This document shows, piece by piece, positions 63,831-64,000 of a stretch of DNA of 64,000 nt. Each line of letters starts with the position of its first letter. The stretch's first letter is position 1. Origin of the DNA: Styela clava (Eukaryota); contig NC_135262.1 of NCBI RefSeq assembly GCF_964204865.1, positions 3,596,001 through 3,660,000 on the forward strand, written 5' to 3'. Below the pieces are notes generated by a model, which had not been told where the DNA came from, searched no databases, and worked only from the letters and a program-made list of their open reading frames with translations. The position numbers and the translations under genes are program-made.

Positions 63831-64000
63831 TTGATTAAATCCTTCAATTTTTTATATTTTAAAATGCAATAGTCTTGACATATTAATTTTTTCTTTCTAA
63901 TTAGTTATTGATTTGTTACTTATTATTCTTCTAAGCAAACTGACTTGCGTGATTCTATCTTTTTGGTAATTTATGTGTCTTGAGGATTTATAATCACATA

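Overview
AT-rich, essentially non-coding animal genomic window, probably an invertebrate (inference from the AT content, TTAGGG-bearing MITEs and repeat types; the taxon cannot be fixed from sequence alone). None of the six-frame ORFs is a convincing complete gene. The only unambiguous gene is an intact tRNA-Thr(UGU) at 15706-15778 on the minus strand. The rest is a dense patchwork of mobile and repeated DNA: (i) 16 copies of a GG-terminated MITE family with 8-bp TSDs (Merlin-like) carrying TTAGGG and AAGATGGC(GG) motifs; (ii) Tc1/mariner MITEs plus a decayed parental transposase fragment; (iii) several hAT MITEs, three with perfect 8-bp TSDs; (iv) Helentron-associated (HINE/DINE-like) elements; (v) tRNA-derived SINEs; (vi) Penelope-type pseudo-LTR remnants, one with a minimal hammerhead ribozyme core; and (vii) many diverged local tandem duplications with units of about 0.1-0.75 kb. 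The most striking structures are a perfect 145-bp inverted templated insertion copied from one MITE and its flank into a neighbouring MITE (30138-30282 to 31529-31673), a tandem MITE dimer sharing one TSD, and the hammerhead-bearing palindromic repeats. A few short minus-strand exon candidates (best at 53722-53898) may belong to an unrecognised spliced transcript. Coordinates were counted by eye, and the boundaries of degenerate repeats are approximate.
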